A stretch of DNA of 63,533 nt, counting the filler, from Octopus bimaculoides (taxonomy: Eukaryota), in NCBI RefSeq assembly GCF_001194135.2. It is 6 parts of 6 records of this genome, joined end to end, with 100 filler letters (N's around TTAATTAATTAA, not from the genome) between each part and the next. Parts side by side here need not be neighbours in the genome. Positions count along the whole stretch, not along the records: positions 40,339 to 54,225 come from NC_068991.1; positions 54,326 to 58,980 come from NC_069001.1; positions 59,081 to 62,230 come from NC_068981.1; positions 62,331 to 63,533 come from NC_069004.1; 2 more parts are not named here. One strand, 5' to 3'. The notes beneath the pieces were generated by a model. It was not told the DNA's origin. It was given only the letters and a program-made list of their open reading frames with translations, and did no database searches. The translations under genes were made by a program, and so were the position numbers. Shown here in pieces: positions 53,068 to 63,533 of this stretch (within the stretch, counting starts at the first letter, position 1; the number at the start of each line of letters is the position of its first letter).

Positions 53068-53879
53068 GGTACTGGTCCTAACGCATTACCATTACCAACA
53101 CCACCACACCACCTTTTCAAGAAGGTGAGAAGGACTTACCTTTCTTTTTAGCACCTGTAATATTTACATTTACGTATGTACAGGAATAACGAAGGTGCGT
53201 CGCTCAGTGGTTAAGATATTCGGCTCACGATCGTAAGGTCATGAGTTCGAATCCCGGTGGTGCGTTGTGCCCTTGTGCATGACATTTTATTTCACGTTGC
53301 TCCAGTCCTCTTGGCTGGCAAAAATGAGTTCTACCAGAATTTCAAGGGGTCAGCCTTGTCACACTCTGTGTCACGCTGAATCTCTTTGAGAACTACGTTA
53401 AGGGTACGCGTGTCTGTGGAGTGCTCAGCCACTTGCACGTTAATTTCTCAAGTACCTTACTCTGTTGATTGGATCAAGTGCACCACTCGTCGTCGTGACA
53501 GACGGAATGCCAGTTAGTTACAGCCAGTTTTGAATACATGAAACAGTGAATGTGGTTGCTACATGTCATCATTCTATAAAATATTTTAGTTATTTATGTG
53601 AAAATCATTCGTGATTATTGAAGAGACACTAAGTAGAGATAATGAGAACAACAAATTCATCGACAGAATTTTGAGGAGCACTTAAAGTTGTTCTGACTGC
53701 GAGTTCAAAAACCCAGTTTTTAAATAACATTCAGTCAAATTTCTAGAACTTGCACCGTCACCAAATATTTGTGTCTAGGATCCATTTCTAGCGTATAGCC
53801 AGCAATATAAGATTTGTTGATTGTGTGAAACTCTAATTACTCTTTTACTCTTTTACTTGTTTCAGTATAGATACATATA

Positions 53880-54045
53880 TACGACGGGATTCTTTCAGTT
53901 TCCGTCTACCAAATCCACTCACAAGGCTTTGGTCGGCCTGAGGCTATAGTAGAAGACACTTGCCCAAGGTGCCACGCAGGTGGGACTGAACCCGGAACCA
54001 TGTTGTTGGTAAGCAAGCTACTTACTACACAGCCACTCTTACGCC
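53880..54045 (-). mobile_element. tRNA-derived SINE, family B
   Basis: Near-consensus copy: acgacgggattctttcagtttccgtctacc...cttactacacagccactc. Confidence 0.85.
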
Positions 54046-54480
54046 TAATTCTTCACAAAGAGATGATAACCATAGCAACAGACTTTCCATTTCGTAAGAA
54101 TAAAAGCTATTTTGTGTCCGGCTGAATCTTTTCTCTGAATTTATTTTGATTATTATTGTTATATTTTTATTAACCGAGTGTGACCAGTAAAGGATTATTA
54201 AACTAGATCCGTCACTGAATACTTTNNNNNNNNNNNNNNNNNNNNNNNNNNNNNNNNNNNNNNNNNNNNTTAATTAATTAANNNNNNNNNNNNNNNNNNN
54301 NNNNNNNNNNNNNNNNNNNNNNNNNAACAAAACGGCAAAAGAGAGTCACTTACTGTTATAGTTTCTTCAATGAGAATATTGACCAAGGTTACCGTGGTCT
54401 TTTCCGTGGGCTTTTCCTTCCACGGCTAAACCTAAACTGTCCTCCCCTCTTTTTACACGAGAACATTACTGTGTGATACA

Positions 54481-54573
54481 CGATCCCTATTGATCGGCCT
54501 TTCCTTTTCTTTTTTTTTCGATCCCTTTTGATCGAACTGCCCCTTTTTCCCTTCCTACGATCCCTTTTGATCG
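54481..54573. repeat. Three regularly spaced 16-bp palindromic motifs CGATC-CCT(T/A)TT-GATCG
   Basis: Start at 54481, 54519 and 54558 (spacing 38/39); spacers are different, pyrimidine-rich sequences. Confidence 0.85.
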
Positions 54574-55230
54574 ACACCACCAATTTTTTTTTTTTTTTTT
54601 TTTTTTCCCTTCCTTCCCCCTCCCAAAAAGAAAAGCTCTACATTGTATTTGTCCCATCTTCGTTGAGCCCTGTGTGGCTAATAAAAGAAATGTATGTATA
54701 CATGTATGTATCTATGTGTTTTAATAAACATAAAACCGTGTACTTAAATGTATCAATCTACCTATTCTTATGCTGCATCAACGTAGCTGCGTAATGAGAA
54801 AACATACATCTAGTTCCTTCAAGGTTTTTTCAAATTCAGCGATCGAAAATCCCCGTAAACAAACTAAACCAAGACAAACCAAACCATCTGAATACTTGTT
54901 TCAATTTCATTTTAGCTTATAGAAAATCACTATTTATCAAAACAAGAATATAGTTGGGATAAATAAAAAATCAGAACAGTATACAAATTGTAAAGTTAAC
55001 TGTTATAAATCTCAGGAGAGTCTGTCACTGATTTTGGTTTTTCTTCCAACATAGATATAATAGAATTATTTCATTTATCGATATTTATATCTATTCTAAG
55101 CATTAGATGTTTATCGATGAACAAAATAATCAGATACACACAGAGAATTAGATTACTACGCAAATGTAGGAACTGTACATAAAATAATATTATTATTCCT
55201 GCTATTGTTGTTGTCGCTATTATTATTATT

Positions 55231-55261
<31 letters not shown>

Positions 55262-57955
55262 TTATGGAAATAATACGAAAGATCATTTAACCCAAAGTAT
55301 ATACATGTACATATGTTTGTGTGTGTGTAAATATGTATGTATTTGTGTATATATATGTATATGAAATATAACGTGCACAAACAAATAAATATGTATTTTC
55401 ATATATATATATATAATAGTTCGGCATATTGTTTGATTTATAGATAACTGCTTGTTTTATGGATAAATAGACACAATTTACGGTTTCATACACAGACACA
55501 CATATGTATACCTGTATATACTCATAAATATATATATATAAATATGCACATGCATTAATGTTTATAAGTGTGAACAGAGGAGGTGGGTGAGTGAGCAAGA
55601 GATGCAAAGGGAAACAGAAAGAGGTCGAAAGACAGTGGGATATAATCCCAGACGGCTTGATTGATTGATTCATCAGTTGTTTCATAGATAGAAAGGAGAG
55701 AGGAAAAGTGGTCCTTGTAGATTCATTGCTTTCAAGTAACATTAAAGCCGTTTAAACATTTTATTGAATTCAAATATGTAAATATTAGATCGTGTTTGTT
55801 GAAATATCTTGCACAGATCATTGAAATATGTCAATATATTTTATAGATATTGTACACAGTATTCCTATTATGCTAGAAGGAATAACTATAAACAATATAA
55901 TCTTTAAAATTATTGGTATTATTATGTGTGTATCTTATGTATGCAAGTTGTCATAGAAACATTAAACATAAGTATATTTTGTACATAAGTTGGATAACGA
56001 TACGTCAATGAAATAATACGATGCAATATTACTGTCATGAGATAATGATACTCATGGTTCTATGTATTAAGAAATATAGGATGTGACGATATTGTTTTTA
56101 ATATATTATAACATTATAATGTATATGGGGAAATTGTTCGTTCCAAATATGTAAATTAATTTATGCTTTATTATTATTAAAGCTGCAAAGACATCACAAA
56201 TATATCACAAAAAAATGCTACTCAGTGTTATGTTTCCCTTCGTCGTACAGTTTATATTCAATTTAAATTGTCCGACGAACGGCAATGTGAAACTCTGACT
56301 AGTAGTTTTTTGTAATATTTTTGTGATGGTTTTGCAGCGTTAATAATAATGAAGCATATTACTCTACCTCTGGTATTCGAGTATTATTTTCCCCCACTTT
56401 CTTTCACATTATGGCTTCCTCTCTTCCACGCATCAACCTGGAAATAGTCATAAATTCATGATAAAAAAAAAATCTCAAGTGACGTAATTTAATATAAATA
56501 CTCATCTGCAAGAAACAGGCGTTGTAAATTCGTATATTTCAAATAAAACATAATAGAAAAGAACGAAACGTGTATTATTTTATTTTCTCTATTAATTATT
56601 CCAAAAGTGAAAACCACATCGATTATTTTTCCTTGGTTTTTAACAGAAGATTATTAAAAAAACAGGAACTAAATCAAATTCGGTAGTGACTCTTTCGAAG
56701 GAGTTCGTTTATTGTCAGAATCTTTGGTTCATCAGGCTAATTTGTTTTTGCTTGAGAGGGTAGAAAGGAGTGAATTATATTGAAATACACCTGTTAATTA
56801 TCGTTAAGTACTTATCAGTCTCACGATATTTAAATGTAATTAAAGATATATTTCAATATAAATGAATCGAATAATAATATGAGTTCGAGCTGTACGTTAT
56901 ATTATAGCACAATACTGAAAATATAATGGAAATCTAATACAATACAATAAGATTTAGTATTAAGATTTTAGTCATATAATCGAAGACATAATGGGAAAAT
57001 TTAGCATAATTAAGTTCGAATATTACGCATTAAATACCTTAAACAATGGAACGAAATTATTGACATAGTAAAGTTATTAATATATAAAGTTTGAAGCTAA
57101 ATTTTGATCTCAGTACATGATAGGTGTTGACGGAACATTTAACGATAAATAAAGACTTTTTACTGAACTGAGAAATTAAACAAGAACGTAGAGAAATAAA
57201 TAACGCAAAATATTTTCAGATTATCTACCGATTCTACTAATTTCATCATTTATAAATATGAATCTTATTTGTGGCGCAATGTCACGTCCTTTACTCCGTG
57301 AAAAGATCAGTCAGTGAAATCAACACCGGGACTTGTGTATCTTTTATTCTCTCGATTCAGGACTTGTATTCAGAACGTGCAGGAAGATAACCAAATACTT
57401 CCTGCCAATTTCTGCCACACTCTACCAATTATGTTAATAATCCACCCTTTTCCATGAACTTTATAACAGCTAAAGTAGTTTCGAAAACATACATACGTCA
57501 CAGTAAATAAACCCATCGAAACCACACTTCAGAGTCTTTCATTCCTTAGCGAGATGATAAATCTCAATAGAATGTTTACTATATCTATCATCCCAACGAA
57601 TCGATATTTACTACAGGATCAAGTATTTTGAAATGCTTGATAAAGCTTAGAGGTTCAAGCCTTAATTGACGTACTTCGGCTTTAACAGGTGGTTTATCAA
57701 GGAGAAACTAATTCACTTAATGCTTCAAAAATAAGATAAGGATCGGTACACCATAACCATCATTCTATAAAGGTAGAATTAATACGCTATGCATTATAAT
57801 AGATGTTTCTGTATTTATTTGCTATTTTATTTCCTAGTCATACAAATGCAAACAGTTAATATTTGTATGCATTTTTTTCGTATTTTCAAATGGCAAGGTA
57901 TATTTATTCAAAGATAGAAGCTTATACGCAGGTATTGGTCATTTTTATTAACGTG

Positions 57956-57974
<19 letters not shown>

Positions 57975-57987
<13 letters not shown>

Positions 57988-58185
57988 CATATACATATAT
58001 GTACATATATATATGTATGTATGCATATACATATATGTACATAAATGTGTGTATGTATGCATATACATATATGTACATAAATGTGTGTATGTATGCATAT
58101 ACATATATGTACATAAATGTGTGTATGTATGCATATACATATATGTACATAAATGTGTGTATGTATGTATGCATATACATATATG
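57975..58185. repeat. 36-bp minisatellite built from AT/CA microsatellite units
   Basis: gtatgtatgcatatacatatatgtacataaatgtgt repeated about 5-6 times. Confidence 0.9.
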
Positions 58186-58945
58186 CACATAAATCTGTGT
58201 ATGTATTATGTATCTGCGGGTGTATGTCAATGTTTGTATGTTGGTGATTACTTGTGCCTGTGTGTAATCATGTACGTTTGGTTTTCACTGTTTGATCAGC
58301 CACAAACAAACGCGAGAGCCAAGTATTTCTACAACTAACTTACTTGTGACTGTGAATGTACGGGCGCATATGCACATTCATGTATACGTATTTGAATTTA
58401 GCATTCGTATTTGTGTATTTCTAACGAGTATGCTGGGTGAAAATCCAAAGAGAATTTTCAATAGATTGATTAGCGATGTTAAGGTTCTGTTTCCTTACAG
58501 CTATTCTTGATCTCCATTCTGTTCCGAATACAAGATAATTGAGGCTGCGTAAGAAAGCGTGAATGTGTTCACAGTAAAGAAGGGATAAAGCAACGGTCGA
58601 GAGCAGCATAATGATATTAAGATTCTGGAAGCGAGTTTAAAATAAATAGCCTAACAGAATAACGATATTGGTTTGTCTGATCAGATTAGGAAAACTACAA
58701 AGGTGAAGCATTAAGGATCCTGCATGCAATTGAATTCGCCTAATTCATTCAGGAAACGCTGTGAGGCAAGTACGAGCTAAAATGGTAATTATATTATCGC
58801 TGAGAGAATATCAATAACTTTATAATTTATATACACTGTAGATATTTAGTTAACTATTTCACTTAGTTAAAAAAAGCAAAATTTAGAAAACAAATTATAC
58901 ATGTGTACGTATGCGCATATGTTTTTATGTATCAATAGGCACTTG

Positions 58946-58980
<35 letters not shown>

Positions 58981-60596
58981 NNNNNNNNNNNNNNNNNNNN
59001 NNNNNNNNNNNNNNNNNNNNNNNNTTAATTAATTAANNNNNNNNNNNNNNNNNNNNNNNNNNNNNNNNNNNNNNNNNNNNTATATATATATATATATCGG
59101 AAGACGTGAGGTCCTTGGTACAGTTATATTAGCAATAAAAAAATGTCTTCACCGGTAGTTCTAAACAGTTCAATTTATTATTTTTTAATAATATAAATTT
59201 TAGTTCATAGTTCTAGTAAGTTCTGTGTCATTTGGGGTGTGGAGAATTAAAGAAAAATTATTGTTAACTTCTTTGGAGAACATTGTCGCATGCTTTGTCA
59301 AACTAATGTCAAGATTTGGTGTATTTTGATTCTATGTATGGGATTTGGGTGTGTTTGTAGTGGAGTTGGGGTTTGTTAATCAGTGTGGGAGTGACAGACT
59401 GTTGATGAATGTTAGTTGAAAGAAAGCAGTTAATGGTCAACACAAGATACTTGATTGGGATAGAGGTGGGAGGTGATGGGGTGTTAAAAGAGTGTTTTGT
59501 GTATCCATTTCAATAGTTGACCTATGGTCAGAAATCTAATGACCAGTTGTTTTTCCAAATTCTTCTTTTAGTAATTTTCTATGCTTTATGCGTGTGTCAG
59601 GGTTGGTGGTGCTAATTGGGTGTATGATACCTGTCTTTTGATAAAAAATATTTATTGATAGAAGTGTTTTTTTATATATATTTTGGTTTTGGAGTAGAGG
59701 TGGGGAAGATCATGCTAGCTCACATATTTACTTCCCTACACACAAACACACACACACACCTATATATATATAGTTGCACACATATCTACTTACATTTATA
59801 CACACGTCAGCGCATATATAGACAGGTATGTTTTGGTATCAGAATGAATAGGTGTGAGAGGGAGGAAGACGAGCCTCATCAAACCGTTATTCTGGAAATA
59901 CGAATGAGCTTCCTTAATTAGAAAGTTTTCGAGAAATATAAAACAAAAAATAACATAAAACAACTTTGCATGTATACATACATAAAAAAATTATACGGGA
60001 GAGATATTTTATTTTCATTGCTATGTACTCACACACAAGTCGACAATAGTGATCATTCACCTAAAATACAATGATGATGCTTACATACATTAATTAAAAA
60101 CATAAAAGCACAACAGCGCTTCCCATAAAAGCCAAAGAGTTTTAAATAAATAAATGACCACCGACGTATGTGTTTATCTTGTTGATGACCTTTTGTATAA
60201 ATTTATGGCTAGTAAAGTCAGAAATCTCAGGACAGAATTAAAAAATTAAATAATGTTTTGAAATTTTGGCATTTTTAGTGGGAGGAATAAGCCGTTCATA
60301 TCTAACTTAGTGTTAAAATGGTGCTTCTTTTATCAACTTCAAAAGAATGAAAGGCAGAATCGATCTTAGTAGAATTTAAATACTAAACGTAAAGCCGAAC
60401 GAAGTGCCGCTAAGCATTTTGTTAGGCGTGCTAAAGAATCTTCCAGCTCCCAACCTTATTAAATAATGAAAGCTATATTCTGTTGTTTTGCTTATANNNN
60501 NNNNNNNNNNNNNNNNNNNNNNNNNNNNNNNNNNNNNNNNNNNNNNNNNNNNNNNNNNNNNNNNNNNNNNNNNNNNNNNNNNNNNNNNNNNNNNNN

Positions 60597-60865
60597 TTTC
60601 TGCAAGTGCTCCACCCTTATTGCAGCCCCTATTTGTTCCACGTACTACTCTGAGATTTTTTCTCACTCTTCCCAAGGCTCCGACAATTATTTGTACTACT
60701 GCTGCCTTTTTCATCGACCACAACTGCTTAACTTCCCAAGCCAACCTGTCATATCTCTCAACTTTTCTCTCTTCCTTATCGTATAACTTGTTGTCAGCTG
60801 AGCATGCTGAATCTATGATTCAGCATAGTTTGTTTTCTTTCTCAATTACGACTATGCCTGGCTTA
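60597..60865 (-). mobile_element. Dong/R4-type LINE 3' fragment starting at an (AAT)n array
   Basis: NKPGIVVIEKENKLC.IIDSACSADNKLYDKEERKVERYDRLAWEVKQLWSMKKAAVVQIIVGALG (PD..D..K endonuclease region). Confidence 0.85.
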
Positions 60866-60868
60866 TTA

Positions 60869-60987
<119 letters not shown>

Positions 60988-61276
60988 GTTCAGTAGTTTT
61001 ATTTTTATAACGTGCTTTCACTTCACTACCGAGCGCAGTTCTGTGCTGCTTGGGTATGTGCTGTGGTTTGCTGTGGTGCTCTTTTGGTTACTGTATTGAA
61101 AGTGTTTTGCGTAGGATGTGTGCAGTGCCCAGTAGTGCAATTTTCTGTATGTTATATATATTTGTAAGTCCTGTTGTTTTTGTTATGTATTTGTCTGAAT
61201 ATTTTTTTATTATACCTAAGGCACCTACTATGATAGGAATTGTCTCTGTTTTTAGATTCCACATTCGAGTTACCTC

Positions 61277-61277
<1 letters not shown>
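60988..61277 (-). mobile_element. Dong/R4-type LINE extreme 3' fragment flanked on both sides by (AAT)n
   Basis: EVTRMWNLKTETIPIIVGALGIIKK...IQKIALLGTAHILRKTLSIQ* plus 3' UTR, between arrays 61278-61353 and 60866-60987. Confidence 0.88.
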
Positions 61278-61354
<77 letters not shown>

Positions 61355-62896
61355 GGTAAAACAGCTATCAACATTTAACATTTGGATGGTCTAACATCTA
61401 CCACTTCATTGATAAATGTTAATTACATTAAACTATTCAACTCTTTACTTTACAGTTGACTCCACTCAGGATATTTTTTTCGTAATTATTACACTTTCTT
61501 TAACCTATTATTTATTGGTTATTTATTTATATTCCGATCCCTACTACATCAGTTGTTTATGAATTACTACCGATCAGACAGGATAAAAATTACAGACGTT
61601 CTATTATATCTAAGTTTAAGTAATGATGATTAAAATACTTTTTGTTTACAGCGATGTGTTATGTAATTAATTTGTTTATTCGAGTTTAAACATTTCAATA
61701 ATTATTAGAGACAATTAACGTTTCATGTATTCTACTTTTGATGTTTCTGAAATTGTTATTGCATTCTTCGATGTTTTTATGTTAGTTTGTTATTGATAGT
61801 TTTCCGATAATTTTTGCTGTTTTTCTTTTTACTGAATGGAATACAACACTAACATAAGAAGCTCGATAATGAGGTTGTAAAACTTATTGTATCAGAACAC
61901 ACCATCATATTATCGAAACAGATGTTTCGACTACAGAATGAATATCCAAATTCATAACTAAAATGTTGCCTGCTAGTATTCGTTGAGTGCATTATCAAAT
62001 GCGAGAGATTTTGTTTTAGTTTTAGTAAAAAACATTTGAATACTCCCTTTCTGTAGCCGTCCACTTACTAAGCCGTAAGACCTTCAATCTCACTGGTCTC
62101 TGAGTAGTGACCACTAAAAACCATGTCATAGGTGTTTTTCGTTCAACAAATCAAATGTATACGCCGGTGTGCGCGTGTTTATACATACATGCATACATAC
62201 ATACATACATACATACATACATACATACATNNNNNNNNNNNNNNNNNNNNNNNNNNNNNNNNNNNNNNNNNNNNTTAATTAATTAANNNNNNNNNNNNNN
62301 NNNNNNNNNNNNNNNNNNNNNNNNNNNNNNATATATATATATATATACATACATACATACATCTTCGTATACATATACGCACATATGTAATGGTAAAGAT
62401 TGACAGTTACTTCGAAGTATATGGAAGTAGAGATTTCTAGGTTTATCAAACCTGTTAGCCATAGTGAATCGCCAATAATTTTTTGAAAAAAGGCTGAAAC
62501 CATTAGGCCGTTCGCTAATGAGCTTGATTAGTATGGAGCGAGGGTTGCGAGTTCGGCTCTTAGTGTTTAGTTCTCCGAAACTCTTATATCCCTTAAACAA
62601 CTGCGTTGAAACGATGAAAAACTGCAAGGATAAGTCACAATTAGTGTTTTGGTTAAAATCTAAAGCTCTGGTTTGAGTTATGGTCCGGAAATTATCTATA
62701 ACATAGTCATTGTTGGGTCTACTTTCTTAGTTCTAATACATCATGGTTCATAGCTCTGGAGAATTTTACGTGAGCAATTATGCGAATGAGGAGTCCAACG
62801 TAGGTCATATGTCAGCATGTGTATATATAAAAAAAATTTCAGAATGAAATAAAAATCCAAGACTGTGAAAGATTTCAGAACATTTATAAACAGAAG

Positions 62897-62945
62897 GTCT
62901 TACAGCTGTCTCCGGGATATTTTAAATCTCCCTTCATCGGAGACG
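62897..62945 (-). ncRNA. Degenerate Penelope-type minimal hammerhead ribozyme relic
   Basis: gtct CCGATGA AGGGA..TCCC GGAGA CAGCTG TA agac: stems I and II and the palindromic stem III are intact, the core is mutated. Confidence 0.6.
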
Positions 62946-63109
62946 GTGTTAAGCAATAGTTATTCTAGGTAAGATATGAAATAGAGAGTGAAGTGGAGGA
63001 ATGAAAATAGACGTGAGATATGCAGGGATATTGTATCTGTAGTTCCATTATTTAAGCAGAATGGTATACATATAAGATTCCGGAATCTTATATTATGTAT
63101 CATCAGCAT

Positions 63110-63533
63110 GCAAGGCCTTCGGTTTGGTCATCAGTGTAAAGAAGACAAGTATTCTCACTCAGGGGCGTGGGGTGAAAGGCTATATCAAGCTTGATGACAA
63201 AGGGCTTGAGACAGTGGACAGGTTCTGCTATCTAGTGTCTACCATTTCCTCTATTACATCACTTGATGATGAGATTAACGTCAGGATAGGGAAGGCAGCA
63301 ACAACTTTTGGGAGGCTGACAAAACGAGTATGGAAAAACAAGAGATTAGACATGAAGACAAAGATCAGGATTTATGAAGCATGTGTTCTCAGAATACTCC
63401 TCTATGGATCTGAAACATGGACCTTGTACCGCAGACAGGAAAGCCTCGGCATTTTCCATCTCAGATGCCTCCGCAAGATCTTAGGCCTAATATGGCACGA
63501 CAAGGTCACCAATGTTGAAGTGCTGGCGCAGGC
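63110..63533 (+). mobile_element. RTE-type LINE fragment running off the window end
   Basis: LETVDRFCYLVSTIS..SLDDEINVRIGKAATTFGRLTKRVW...LLYGSETW...HLRCLRKILG..WHDKVTNVEVL. Confidence 0.9.

Noticed and set aside
53140-53154. 15-nt minus-strand microexon candidate (ttacag|GTGCTAAAAAGAAAG|gtaagt)
   Set aside because: Weak polypyrimidine tract, an equally plausible + strand 22-nt candidate overlaps it, and no host gene was identified.
54481-54573. CRISPR array
   Set aside because: Only three 16-bp repeats, low-complexity spacers, eukaryotic context and no cas genes.
58500-58548. 46-nt minus-strand exon candidate encoding LNYLVFGTEWRSRIA
   Set aside because: No homology recognised; chance splice signals are common at this AT content.

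Overview
Repeat-saturated, AT-rich animal genomic DNA. The tRNA-derived SINE families and the microsatellite load look like octopus (cephalopod), by recognition only. The window is six assembly pieces joined by artificial 100-nt spacers (44 N + TTAATTAATTAA + 44 N) at 23450, 40239, 54226, 58981 and 62231, so adjacency across those points is unproven. One host gene is well supported: four consecutive + strand exons (27101-27292, 29585-29691, 31904-32028, 38003-38115) encoding TM5-TM8 of a very divergent SLC6 (neurotransmitter:sodium symporter) family member. It keeps the family intron phases but has lost most Na+/Cl- site residues. The rest is decayed mobile DNA: Tc1/mariner elements and MITEs, R4/Dong-type LINE fragments sitting in (CATA)n or (TAA)n arrays, RTE LINEs, Penelope-like elements with hammerhead relics, and many SINEs. 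The most unusual unexplained structure is a ~490-nt imperfect rod-like palindrome (47768-48253). Its two arms each carry a hammerhead-ribozyme-like motif in opposite polarity, and it lies just downstream of an E-box-rich repeat tract and a promoter-like patch. All alignments were done by eye and repeat boundaries are approximate.
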